The translations under genes and the position numbers were made by a program. A stretch of 64,000 nucleotides of DNA from Alistipes sp. GTDB lineage: Bacteria; Bacteroidota; Bacteroidia; Bacteroidales; Rikenellaceae. Location: NCBI GenBank assembly GCA_017379015.1, contig JAFNXN010000027.1:1412-65411 (forward strand), given 5' to 3'. The notes beneath the pieces were generated by a model that saw nothing but the letters and a program-made list of their open reading frames with translations, was not told the origin of the DNA and did not search any database. How positions within the stretch are numbered: position 1 is the stretch's first letter; each line of letters starts with the position of its first letter. Positions 18,422 to 27,620 of the stretch are shown one piece after another.

Positions 18422-18847
18422 TTACTTTGCCACTGGAGTTGCCTGACCTGGATCGCCAACAACCATGTTCTTGTCTACGCGAAGTGTAACGTTGCTGTCA
18501 ACCTCAACAAGAATACTTGTTGCCTGAATCTCCTTAACTGTGCCATAGATACCACCTGCAGTGATGATCTTATCGCCCTTCTTAAGGTTGTTGCGGAAGT
18601 TCTCCATCTGCTTGCGACGCTTAGACTCAGGACGCCACATGAAGAAGTACATGATGGCGATCATAGCGATGATCATAAGCCAGAAAGACCAACCACCACC
18701 TGCTGGCTGTGGCTGAGGCTCCTCAGCTGCTGCTGGCTCCTCAGTAGCAACTGTTGCAACCAACTGCTGCTCAACAGCACCCTCTGTAGCTGCTGCTGCA
18801 ACTACCTCCTGTGTGCCATTCTCATTCTGAATGAAAAGTAGGTTCAT
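18422..18847 (-). CDS. yajC: Preprotein translocase subunit YajC
   Basis: TM helix followed by RPESKRRK...LKKGDKIITAGGIYGTV, with an Ala/Glu-rich N-terminal extension. Confidence 0.92.
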   Translation of the reverse strand: MNLLFIQNENGTQEVVAAAATEGAVEQQLVATVATEEPAAAEEPQPQPAGGGWSFWLMIIAMIAIMYFFMWRPESKRRKQMENFRNNLKKGDKIITAGGIYGTVKEIQATSILVEVDSNVTLRVDKNMVVGDPGQATPVAK

Positions 18848-18939
18848 AATTTAAATTTTATTAATTTATTTGTGTTTATTCATTTAGCTTGTTCAATCTC
18901 CTAACGCTAGGCAACGAGCATTATTGTTAGAGGCTATAC

Positions 18940-19386
18940 CTATATTATATCAGCACTCATCCAAATACCGATACGGCAACGATCATCGCTAGTGATAACC
19001 TCGATATAGTTGCCCACAGTGCCATACTCACCTCGCGAGTCAAATATAAGCTCCGCCTCAGCCCACTCGTTGGGGGCTATAGCTCCGTGGGGTAGGTCGA
19101 TCCACGTGCAACGACACGTAGCCTTGTAGTCGACGAGCGTAAGAGGTAGATCGCTCGTATTACGAAGCCGTATCCTCTTAGCGGCTATTGTCGAGTAGCT
19201 TACATCGCCAAACTCCACAAGTATCTCCGTGATCGAGTCGGTGCGAATATCCGCAGCGATACCGTCAAACGTAGCCTCGTGCGACGCAATATTTGGTTGC
19301 TGCTCGCCACGCGTGATTAGCATGGATAGGATAACCGCTATCGCAGCTACTACCGCAACTACTGCAACCAACAATCGACGTTTCAT
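18940..19386 (-). CDS. DUF1573 domain protein
   Basis: FGDV...RNTSDLPL...ATCRCT...IAPNE, in the nusB-DUF1573-yajC context. Confidence 0.75.
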   Translation of the reverse strand: MKRRLLVAVVAVVAAIAVILSMLITRGEQQPNIASHEATFDGIAADIRTDSITEILVEFGDVSYSTIAAKRIRLRNTSDLPLTLVDYKATCRCTWIDLPHGAIAPNEWAEAELIFDSRGEYGTVGNYIEVITSDDRCRIGIWMSADII

Positions 19387-19399
19387 GCGCTAAGAGCCA

Positions 19400-20335
19400 C
19401 TATAGTAGTCCGCGACCACTCTTCTTGATGCGTCCGTTGGCTGTGAGCTCCGATACGATCTTGTCGAGTACGCCATTCACGAAGTTGCCGCTAGTTGGTG
19501 ACGAGTAGTACTTAGCAATGTCGATCCACTCGTCGAGAGTTACCTTAACAGGGATGCTGTCGAATGTCGTTAGCTCGGCAATGGCAATCGTAATGATGAG
19601 GCTATCCATAAATGCGATGCGCTCAACGTCCCAGTTGTTGGTGTATCTGTCGACGATCTCCTGATTCTCCTCGAACTGCACTAGCGACTTGATGAATAGT
19701 GTGCGAGCAAACTCAAGGTCGTCATCGCTCTTGAACTGTGGAAGAACCTTAATATCTGTATGGCTCTGCTTGAGGGTCGACACAGTACGCATTGCCATGT
19801 ATAGCGCAAAGCTGAGGTCATCGTTCCAGAGTAGCGACATGTCGTCGACAACATCTGAGAGTGCCTCATCCTCGTCGAGCCATGCGAAGAAGCCCTCAAC
19901 AAACTTCTTGTCGTCAGTAAAGGTGCATATCGACTGGGACATATACTTCTTGTAGAAATCTGCCTCGATAAGACGGTTGTAGATGTCCTTTACGATGTCG
20001 TAGTTGTTTGCCCATGAGATCTTGCGTGTTGCAATCTCATCGCTTACGCTCTCGCCCTCATCGAGGAGTCGGATTACAGCGTTGTCAACAAAACGACGAT
20101 TAGGGTTAAGATCCTCATACGTAGGGAGTTTCTTCTGCTTGGCAAGCTCGATACGACTATCAGCATAGCGTGCCACCTCCACCACTAGAGATAGCATCTG
20201 AAAGTATAGGTCGTAGGCTTTGTCGATTGATGCAATGAGGTTCTTCTCCGAAGCCTTAAGGTTCGTAGAGTCCGATTTAAGATGTGCGTAGAGGTTCTTA
20301 GCAACCTTTATTCGAAGCAATCTTCTGCTCAACAT
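19400..20335 (-). CDS. nusB: Transcription antitermination factor NusB (long Bacteroidota form)
   Basis: MLSRRLLRIKV, WDVERIAFMD and IPVKVTLDEWIDIAKYYSSPTSGNFVNGVLD. Confidence 0.93.
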   Translation of the reverse strand: MLSRRLLRIKVAKNLYAHLKSDSTNLKASEKNLIASIDKAYDLYFQMLSLVVEVARYADSRIELAKQKKLPTYEDLNPNRRFVDNAVIRLLDEGESVSDEIATRKISWANNYDIVKDIYNRLIEADFYKKYMSQSICTFTDDKKFVEGFFAWLDEDEALSDVVDDMSLLWNDDLSFALYMAMRTVSTLKQSHTDIKVLPQFKSDDDLEFARTLFIKSLVQFEENQEIVDRYTNNWDVERIAFMDSLIITIAIAELTTFDSIPVKVTLDEWIDIAKYYSSPTSGNFVNGVLDKIVSELTANGRIKKSGRGLL

Positions 20336-20476
20336 GATATGAACAATTTCAAGTACGTTATACTATATATAAATATATCGGCGGCAAATATACGAATAAA
20401 TATTTTAAAGACAAAAGAGGTGGCAACAAAAAAGGTGAAAGTGTCGTAATGTGGATTTTAAACCATATAAAAAGAG

Positions 20477-20596
20477 GAAGCTGAATAAAAAGTGTATTTC
20501 TTCGTTATACTCGCCCTCAAAATCCTCATTTACGCCTAGTAAACTGCGGTTTTTCGGGCTTCGCATGCCTAAAACTACATCTTTTTCTTCAACTTC
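20477..20596 (+). mobile_element. 120-bp MITE/REP-like element (diverged copy)
   Basis: Colinear with the 18281 and 56540 copies. TIR is gaagctgaataaaaag/ctttttcttcaacttc. Confidence 0.75.
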
Positions 20597-20606
20597 TAAA
20601 CAATAA

Positions 20607-20638
20607 GGGGATGACTAATTTACTTTTTAGTCATCCCC
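20607..20638 (-). terminator. Terminator-like hairpin attached to the MITE-like element
   Basis: ggggatgactaa/ttagtcatcccc downstream of the 93-aa gene. Confidence 0.65.
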
Positions 20639-20664
20639 ATCATGGTCGTTTGTCAGTAGAACAA

Positions 20665-20946
20665 CTACTCGCAAACTGCGCTAAGATCAGCAAACATTGC
20701 TGCGAAGCTCTCGATCATATCGCGGCGAAGTGCTGCGTAGTGCTTCTTAACGAGTGAACGGTTCTTAGGCTCAGCAGGGTTCATTGCCTTGTGGTAGAGT
20801 GCGTTGCGCAACTCAACACTCTTCTGCATAAGCTCCACGATCTTCTCCTCCTTATTAGGCTGCACGAAAGCTGCCATCTCACAATCGAATACGAACTCCT
20901 CCAAACGGTAGTCGATCTCCTTCTTCAAAATACGTAAATTTGCCAT
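20665..20946 (-). CDS. Small helical hypothetical protein
   Basis: 93-aa ORF with host-like codon usage, an upstream -7 box and a downstream hairpin. Confidence 0.75.
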   Translation of the reverse strand: MANLRILKKEIDYRLEEFVFDCEMAAFVQPNKEEKIVELMQKSVELRNALYHKAMNPAEPKNRSLVKKHYAALRRDMIESFAAMFADLSAVCE

Positions 20947-21082
20947 AGTTATAATAGGTTTTTAGTAATTCCAATTATGCAAAGATAAGAAATAGAAATA
21001 ATATTTGCAAATAAAAAACAACTCTTTTAGATCTGCGTGGTTGTCTATTATTGATTTTTTTGTAGCTTTGTAACACAATTTT

Positions 21083-21907
21083 ATGACTATGATCCTAAAA
21101 GCACATTGTAAAATTAATATTGGCCTTAAGGTGGTGCGCCGAAGAGAGGATGGTTACCACGAGTTGCAGACGGTAATGTACCCTGTGCGTGGACTCTACG
21201 ATATTGTGGAGATCGAGCGTAGCGAGGGTGACGATGTTGTGTTTGAGAGTCGGGGCATTGTCGTTGATTGTCCCTCGGATAAGAACTTGTGCGTTCGTGC
21301 AGCGCGTCTGATGCAGCAACGTTATAGCGTTGGTGGTGTGAGCATCGTGCTTGACAAGCGTGTGCCCTTTGGTGCTGGTCTAGGTGGTGGGTCGTCAGAT
21401 GCTACGGCGGTGATATGTGCCATAAATGAGATCTATGAGCTAGGGTTAGACAAGCCCACGTTGGCTGCACTCGCCGCAGAGCTTGGTAGCGACACGCCAT
21501 TCTTTGTCTACGACGATGCGCGGTATTGCACTGGACGTGGTGAGATAATGACCCCAGTCGAAGTTGATATTCGTGGCTGGTGGCTAGTAGTGGCTAAGCC
21601 ACGAGAGGGGGTCTCTACGGCTGAGGCATATTCGGGTGTAAAGCCTATGCTTCCAGAGCAAGACCTCTGTATGCTTGTTGCTCGTCCCGTGGAGCAGTGG
21701 CAGGGTAGCGTTACCAATGATTTTGAGCATCATATACTTGCGTCACATCCTGAGATCGCAAAGCTTAAGCAGGCGATGCTTGCTGCTGGGGCTACCTATG
21801 CTGCGATGTCGGGCTCGGGATCTGCCGTGTTTGCGCTCTTTAAAGATAGGCCAAGCCTAGCTTTTGATAGTGAAATCTTTGCACATATCGAGCATATCGA
21901 GGCGTAG
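21083..21907 (+). CDS. ispE: 4-diphosphocytidyl-2-C-methyl-D-erythritol kinase
   Basis: KINIGL...RREDGYHELQT, PFGAGLGGGSSDA, GSDTPFF and MSGSGSAVF. Confidence 0.95.
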   Translation: MTMILKAHCKINIGLKVVRRREDGYHELQTVMYPVRGLYDIVEIERSEGDDVVFESRGIVVDCPSDKNLCVRAARLMQQRYSVGGVSIVLDKRVPFGAGLGGGSSDATAVICAINEIYELGLDKPTLAALAAELGSDTPFFVYDDARYCTGRGEIMTPVEVDIRGWWLVVAKPREGVSTAEAYSGVKPMLPEQDLCMLVARPVEQWQGSVTNDFEHHILASHPEIAKLKQAMLAAGATYAAMSGSGSAVFALFKDRPSLAFDSEIFAHIEHIEA

Positions 21908-21913
21908 GAGTTA

Positions 21914-22699
21914 TTATTCTTCGTGTTCGCAGTGTGGGCAATGGTGGTGTTCTCCGAGTACGGTGTGGGGAACATCACCATGTGTTATTATCTGAAGTGG
22001 ACAGTTGTAGTTGCGCAGCTGCTCCTCGGTGATTATGTTCGAGTCGTGGCGATGCACGTGGCGATTAACGCATACGATGTTGCGCACAACGCTCGATATT
22101 GTGCCGATGTCGTGCGAGATGATAACAATAGCCATCTCGTTAGCTAGATGATGGAGGAGGTTGTAAAGCTCGTTCTCGAAGCGGTTGTCTACAAAGTTGG
22201 TAGGCTCGTCAAGTATCAGTAGCTGTGGCTTTGAAATTATAGCGCGACAGAGCATCACGCGTTGTAGCTGACCTCCCGATAGCTCTCCGATAGCTCGGTG
22301 CTCAAGACCTGTTAGCGATGCGCGCTCTAGCACCTCGCAGGCACGCTGGCGTTCTGCCTTGCCATAACTGCGGAGCATGCCGCGCTCGCGCTGTAGCCCC
22401 GACATTACTACCTCCAAAACGGAGATGGGAAAAGCCTTGTCGAAGGATGATATTTGAGGCATATAGCCAATATGTGGCTTGCCTCCACGCATTAGACTCT
22501 CTCCGTAGCTAATCGTGCCGCTATGTGGTATGATACCCATGATCGCCTTTACCAGAGAACTCTTACCTCCGCCATTTGGACCTATGACGCCAAGAAAATC
22601 GTCTGCATAGATGTCGAGATCGACATGCTCGAGCGCGACGTTATTATCATACCTTACCCCAAGGTCGCGTATCGTAATTAATTTATGGCCTCTACTCAT
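21914..22699 (-). CDS. znuC: Zn/Mn ABC transporter ATP-binding protein (ZnuC-like)
   Basis: GPNGGGKS, LSGGQLQR, LILDEPT and a His/Cys-rich tail. Confidence 0.85.
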   Translation of the reverse strand: MSRGHKLITIRDLGVRYDNNVALEHVDLDIYADDFLGVIGPNGGGKSSLVKAIMGIIPHSGTISYGESLMRGGKPHIGYMPQISSFDKAFPISVLEVVMSGLQRERGMLRSYGKAERQRACEVLERASLTGLEHRAIGELSGGQLQRVMLCRAIISKPQLLILDEPTNFVDNRFENELYNLLHHLANEMAIVIISHDIGTISSVVRNIVCVNRHVHRHDSNIITEEQLRNYNCPLQIITHGDVPHTVLGEHHHCPHCEHEE

Positions 22700-23552
22700 C
22701 GTTGCGCGTCATTAGGTCTACAATATTAAGTATCTCAGCCTCAATATCTGCATTCAACGGGTTGCACATTGTTATCTCCGCATCTATCTCGTCGGCTAGA
22801 GCTCGCAGCTTGTCGGGGTTGTATTGAGGCTGAAAAAATATGCGTCTAATGTTGTGCTTTCTGGCTGCCGAAATTAGCGTAGTGAGCTGGCGTGGCGTTG
22901 GCTCCTTACCTTCGTGCTCTATCGAGATCTGCTCTATGTTGTAGTCGCGTGCTAAGTAGGTATAGGCTGGATGGTAGATCATCATCGCCTCTGTGTTGCT
23001 CTCTGCAATTCTCTTTGCGCAGTAGGCATCCAGTGAGTCTAGACGCGTGATTATGCCCTGGGCTGCCTCAGCATATTTCGTTGAGTCGGGATAATGCTTT
23101 ATGAGGGCCTCCGAGATGTTGTGTACCACTACTTTAAGTGCTTGGGGTGATGTCCAGATATGAGGATCTATGCCGTGATGGTGATCTGCTGAAGAGTGGT
23201 GGTGATGCGAGCAGCTACCCTCAATAAGTTTTATGCCCTGTGATACATTTATGATCCTACTCCTATCGTTGATGTGGTGTGTGAGGGTATGCTCAAAATC
23301 GATGAGTCCCACCTCGACGATTAGCTCTGCATCACTAAGTGAGGCTATCTGCTTCGAACTTGGTTCGTAGCTTTCGGGGCTTGCACCACTGGGTACAAGA
23401 ACTTCGATACTGTAGTCGCCACATGTAAGCTCTTCAACTAGACCCTTGAGTGGCTCTATGGTAACAAATATCTTCTTTTCGTCTGCGCTCTTAACTCCGC
23501 TACAAGAGGCTAGAATAGCCATGAAAAGGAGTATGCCAACTATCTTTTTCAT
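22692..23552 (-). CDS. znuA: Zn/Mn ABC transporter substrate-binding lipoprotein (ZnuA-like)
   Basis: Lipobox LASC, His-rich loop, DPHIWTSP, YHPAYTY and EGKEP. Confidence 0.85.
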   Translation of the reverse strand: MKKIVGILLFMAILASCSGVKSADEKKIFVTIEPLKGLVEELTCGDYSIEVLVPSGASPESYEPSSKQIASLSDAELIVEVGLIDFEHTLTHHINDRSRIINVSQGIKLIEGSCSHHHHSSADHHHGIDPHIWTSPQALKVVVHNISEALIKHYPDSTKYAEAAQGIITRLDSLDAYCAKRIAESNTEAMMIYHPAYTYLARDYNIEQISIEHEGKEPTPRQLTTLISAARKHNIRRIFFQPQYNPDKLRALADEIDAEITMCNPLNADIEAEILNIVDLMTRNDE

Positions 23553-23660
23553 TATTTTTGTATTTTATCAGGGCAAAGTTATAAAAAAAGTAATACGAAA
23601 TTTTGTTTTCTCCATAAAAATTAAGATATTTGCCATCGAAACCTGAAAAACTTATGCAAA

Positions 23661-24824
23661 ATGATTAAGAATATAACTGAGAAAATCTTGTATGTCGGTG
23701 TTGATGATACCGATATTGACCTCTTTGAGAGCCAGTATGTTGTGCCTAATGGCGTGTCGTATAACTCATATCTTATCCTCGACGAGAAGGTAGCCATAAT
23801 GGATACTGTTGATCCACGCAAGGGTGACGAATGGTTTGAAAATCTGCATACAGCTCTGGCTGGTCGTAAGCCCGACTACTTGGTTGTTCAGCACCTTGAG
23901 CCTGATCATGCTGGAAATATTGCTCGAGCTATGGAGCTTTATCCTGATATGCAGGTTGTAGCATCGGAGAAGGCTCTAAAGATGTTGCCTCAGTTCTTCT
24001 TCGATACTCAGTTTGAGGGTCGTGCTATAGGTATTAAGGATGGTGGTACACTCTCTCTTGGCGGCCGTACACTTCACTTTGTTATGGCTCCAATGGTGCA
24101 TTGGCCAGAGGTTATGGTTAGCTACGATAGCACTGATAAGGTGTTGTTTGCTGCTGATGGCTTCGGTAAGTTTGGTGCTCTTTGCCATGATGAGGAGTGG
24201 GCTGGCGAGGCTCGTCGCTACTACTTCAATATCTGCGGTAAGTATGGCGCACCTGTGCAGGCTCTGCTTAAGAAGGCTGCAACGCTAGACATTGCTATCA
24301 TCTGTCCTTTGCATGGTCCTGTGCTTACGGAGAACCTTGGCTACTACATTGGTCTTTATGATAAGTGGAGCAAGTATGAGCCTGAGTCTGAGGGTGTTGT
24401 TGTTGCCTATGCATCAATACACGGTAACACAGCAGATGCTGCACGCAAGTTTGCAGATATGCTTCGCGCAAAGGGTGCTGAGGAGGTTACTGTTGTCGAT
24501 TTGTCACGTGATGATATGTCGAAGGCTGTGGAGGCAGCATTTAGATGCTCTCGATTGGTTGTTGCTGCGGCGTCGTATGACTCTGATGTGTTCCCTCCAA
24601 TGCACGACTTCTTGCACCACCTCGCTATCAAGAACTATTGCAAGCGTCGTATAGGTATCATTGAGAATGGCTCATGGGCACCTACGGCTGGTAAGGCAAT
24701 GCGTGCAATCATTGATCGTTTCAAGGATGTTGAGGTAGTCGAGCCAATGGTGACAATCCTCTCGCGCCTTAAGCCATCAGACATGGCTGCGTTGGATTCT
24801 CTCGCAGATGCAATTCTTAAGTAA
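23661..24824 (+). CDS. fprA: Flavodiiron protein (FprA family)
   Basis: HLEPDH, HWPE, ADGFG, PLHGP and flavodoxin motif YASIHGNT. Confidence 0.9.
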   Translation: MIKNITEKILYVGVDDTDIDLFESQYVVPNGVSYNSYLILDEKVAIMDTVDPRKGDEWFENLHTALAGRKPDYLVVQHLEPDHAGNIARAMELYPDMQVVASEKALKMLPQFFFDTQFEGRAIGIKDGGTLSLGGRTLHFVMAPMVHWPEVMVSYDSTDKVLFAADGFGKFGALCHDEEWAGEARRYYFNICGKYGAPVQALLKKAATLDIAIICPLHGPVLTENLGYYIGLYDKWSKYEPESEGVVVAYASIHGNTADAARKFADMLRAKGAEEVTVVDLSRDDMSKAVEAAFRCSRLVVAAASYDSDVFPPMHDFLHHLAIKNYCKRRIGIIENGSWAPTAGKAMRAIIDRFKDVEVVEPMVTILSRLKPSDMAALDSLADAILK

Positions 24825-24842
24825 GATCTAATAGTTGACTAT

Positions 24843-24874
24843 AAAAAAATGCCGGGACAGTCCCGGCATTTTTT
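24843..24874. terminator. Bidirectional intrinsic terminator
   Basis: aaaaaaatgccggga-cag-tcccggcatttttt. Confidence 0.9.
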
Positions 24875-24891
24875 GTCTATGTTGCTGCTTC

Positions 24892-25518
24892 TTAGAAATA
24901 GAGCTTGAAGCCTACCTGAGCACTTCCTAACAGATTGAATGAAAGAGCACTAGTGTCGATCTTAGTGTTTAGATCCTCAATCTTGCCTGAGAGGTATGTG
25001 TATTGCAATGAGCATAGGCTAACGCTCATGGCAAAACGCTTGGTTGGGCGGAACTCAACGGCAAAGGGCTGGAACTCTGTTACAAAGCCGCACATAGAGT
25101 AGTCCTCATCTGAATATCCATCACTATACTCAGAGCTGCCGCAACCAAAACCAAGTGAAAGGTTAGGCGTGTAGTAGAACTTATCTGCGAGGCGCACATA
25201 GTATGCTACGTTTGGAGCGATATGAAATGTGCGTGTCTCGCTCTCATCGTCTATAATACCAAAGCCTAGATTTGCACCTACGCGAAGATTATCAGCAACG
25301 AAGTAGCCATACTCAAGATTTAGGCTGAAATTGTCACCCCACTTGTCGGTAATCTCGTCACGGACAGTATTGTTATAGATTGTTGTCTCGTATTTGGCAT
25401 TAGTCTTGCCAGTGTTGTAGTCTATACTGATACCTAGTGACTGCTCGCCCTTTTGCTGGGCAGATGCCGAGATTGTAATGCAGAAGATTGCTGCGAGGGA
25501 AATTAAAACTCTCTTCAT
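24892..25518 (-). CDS. Outer membrane beta-barrel protein
   Basis: Signal peptide (SASAQ), amphipathic strands and C-terminal VGFKLYF. Confidence 0.8.
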   Translation of the reverse strand: MKRVLISLAAIFCITISASAQQKGEQSLGISIDYNTGKTNAKYETTIYNNTVRDEITDKWGDNFSLNLEYGYFVADNLRVGANLGFGIIDDESETRTFHIAPNVAYYVRLADKFYYTPNLSLGFGCGSSEYSDGYSDEDYSMCGFVTEFQPFAVEFRPTKRFAMSVSLCSLQYTYLSGKIEDLNTKIDTSALSFNLLGSAQVGFKLYF

Positions 25519-25525
25519 AAAATAA

Positions 25526-25614
25526 AAATATTAGGTTTATATTTTAGTTTGCAGTAGACAAAGATAACTAAAATTATCTTATGTACAACAAAATTCAATA
25601 TAAACCTAATATTT
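25526..25614 (-). promoter_or_regulatory. Promoter flanked by perfect 18-bp inverted repeats (candidate invertible promoter)
   Basis: aaatattaggtttatatt (25526-25543) and aatataaacctaatattt (25597-25614) enclose minus-strand TTG-N19-TATCTTTG (-7 box at 25559-25566). Confidence 0.55.
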
Positions 25615-25648
25615 ATAAACAAATTACTCGTTGCGAGTAATCTCAGCA

Positions 25649-26167
25649 TTACCAGCTAAAGCCAAGACGGAGCTGTACTGCACCATTAGCAAAATCGAGC
25701 TTCTCCTTGCCCAACTGCTGAACATGGTAGCCTACTGAGAGGGCAAATGCGCCAGCCTTGAAGCCAAGACCTGCATTAACCATCAAGCCTTTATTCTTTA
25801 GATCCTTAGCCTCGAAAGTGTAACCACCATCAAACATGAGGAATGGGTCGAACTTGCTACGAGTAGGGAAGTAGAACTTGATGTCAGCAAATACTGGAAC
25901 CATCATCTTGCCCTCCTTAATCTCGTTTACATCCTTGATCTTTGCAAAGTCGTTGGTGTAGAGGTCAACACCTGTACCGAGGCTTAGAGCAAACCAGTTG
26001 CCAAAGATAGCACCGTGAACAGTGTGTGCCTGTAGGTAGCTTGCTGGGGTATTGCCGATGCCGTATCCACCACCGATGTAGAGCTCGCCATGATACTTAC
26101 CGCCCTGTGCCTGTACTGCTGTTGCTGTGATTAGTACAGCTGCTAGAACCATTAAAAAACGCTTCAT
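25649..26167 (-). CDS. Outer membrane beta-barrel protein
   Basis: Start reassigned to MKRFLMVLAAVLITATAVQAQ. Contains VPVFADIKFYF and C-terminal LRLGFSW. Confidence 0.78.
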   Translation of the reverse strand: MKRFLMVLAAVLITATAVQAQGGKYHGELYIGGGYGIGNTPASYLQAHTVHGAIFGNWFALSLGTGVDLYTNDFAKIKDVNEIKEGKMMVPVFADIKFYFPTRSKFDPFLMFDGGYTFEAKDLKNKGLMVNAGLGFKAGAFALSVGYHVQQLGKEKLDFANGAVQLRLGFSW

Positions 26168-26437
26168 AGTGTTAAGTTTTGATAGTTTATAATTTGTTTG
26201 TGTGTTCTTTACATGTAGCGAGCTTCGTGCCATACATATATGCAGCGACACATAACTTAATTATAAGTCTTCCTCACAAAAATTTCTAAAATATTAGGTG
26301 TTTTTTGTGATTAACTTTTGCCCGTTAATGCTGATTTTTAAATCATTCGCAATTTATGCATTTTTTTTGATATTGCAAAATATAACTTGAACAATTTTTC
26401 TGCACTTATCTTTTTTAACACTATTTCATCCGTTTTG

Positions 26438-26962
26438 CTACTCCTCTTCAGCACTATCAATTTTTATTGCGTAGTTGTCGTCGATGACAATATTGGGTAG
26501 CATTGTATTGCTAGGAATATATGCCTCACCACCTCTGATGCATAGGCAGAACAGTCCAACTGGAAATGCTACAATACCTGCTCCTATGCCTAGGCCCAGA
26601 GCTAGATCTTCACGATCTTGTCCGTACGAAGTGAGGCCACCTCTAAGAAATATTGTCTGTCCATCTGTTGCTTTAGTGCTTAGACTTTCAACCTTTATGA
26701 AACCAGATTTTCCCACCCCTTTGCTATGTTTTGTGTCAATACTTAGTTCCACGTTTGTCCCTCTCTTTATAAGTATGTTGCCGTCATTGTCTGTTATATC
26801 CTCATCGACGATGGCAGTTGCAGCGTGTTTTATGTGTCTACCTGATTCTGCAGATGATGTTAATCGTACTTTTATCTGCTGGCCACTTCTGAGGTTATAT
26901 TCCTGAGCAGAGAGGTTGAAGACAACTAGTAAAGCTGCAATTAGTAGAGTTAAATTTTTCAT
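26438..26962 (-). CDS. Exported/membrane hypothetical protein
   Basis: Signal peptide (LSAQ), beta-rich body and a hydrophobic Gly-rich segment near the C-terminus. Confidence 0.7.
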   Translation of the reverse strand: MKNLTLLIAALLVVFNLSAQEYNLRSGQQIKVRLTSSAESGRHIKHAATAIVDEDITDNDGNILIKRGTNVELSIDTKHSKGVGKSGFIKVESLSTKATDGQTIFLRGGLTSYGQDREDLALGLGIGAGIVAFPVGLFCLCIRGGEAYIPSNTMLPNIVIDDNYAIKIDSAEEE

Positions 26963-27014
26963 AGTCTTATATGCTTTTATGGGTTTAATAATATTTATTG
27001 TTTGTTATTAGATG

Positions 27015-27404
27015 TTATGGAATTTGGTGTGGGCCGCAGTTCTCTAGCATCCATCGTGTTGTGATCCCCTCTGTGATTTGGCTGTCGTCGGTAACGATCT
27101 TTGACATAATCCACACACAACGATCATCTCCGATTATGTAACTATCCTCAAACTCCCAGCCATATTTGGCTAATCTGTTTGCAACAGCTGTTATCGATGT
27201 GAACTGCTCAGCTTTTCCACTAATGTCTGCAAGGTAGTTTTTCGTTAACTCCTCTTGACCATAGTCGATTGTGATGCGCGATATTGCCAATGTGGAGATC
27301 TCGCTTTGGCAAGCCATAAGTGTGCAGTAGACCTTGTAGGGTTGTTGCGCAAAGAGTGTTGTAAGGCTTAGTAGTGCAACGGTGAGTGTAAATAGTCGTT
27401 TCAT
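27015..27404 (-). CDS. Exported hypothetical protein
   Basis: Signal peptide (LFAQ), KVYC...IDYGQ...LAKYGWE, and an upstream TAACTTTG box. Confidence 0.7.
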   Translation of the reverse strand: MKRLFTLTVALLSLTTLFAQQPYKVYCTLMACQSEISTLAISRITIDYGQEELTKNYLADISGKAEQFTSITAVANRLAKYGWEFEDSYIIGDDRCVWIMSKIVTDDSQITEGITTRWMLENCGPHQIP

Positions 27405-27565
27405 AGTTTTATAGGTTTTAGTTGTTTGCTTAATACAAAGTTACTAACCTTAATACCTAAATTCTCTACACACCCCCTCCAATAGCCATTATCTCAAGGT
27501 GAAGAGCCCTTTTTGTCGGGCGAAGCGACCTTGGTAGTGTGAAATGGCTCTCTAAGTATATACAC

Positions 27566-27601
27566 AAAAAGAGCAACCATCGACTCATCGTGGTTGCTCT
27601 T
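27566..27601 (-). terminator. Terminator of the pyr operon
   Basis: aagagcaaccat/gtggttgctctt with an A-run that reads as a U-tail on minus. Confidence 0.8.
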
Positions 27602-27620
27602 CATTTAGCAGTGTTATTAG

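Noticed and set aside
18311-18841. 176-aa plus-strand ORF
   Set aside because: Antisense shadow of yajC starting inside the repeat element. Similar long antisense ORFs (7791-8390, 11739-12392, 29163-29726) also shadow well-supported genes.
21914-23552. Metal ABC system lacking a permease
   Set aside because: The permease may simply be encoded outside the window, and there is no sign of decay in the two genes.
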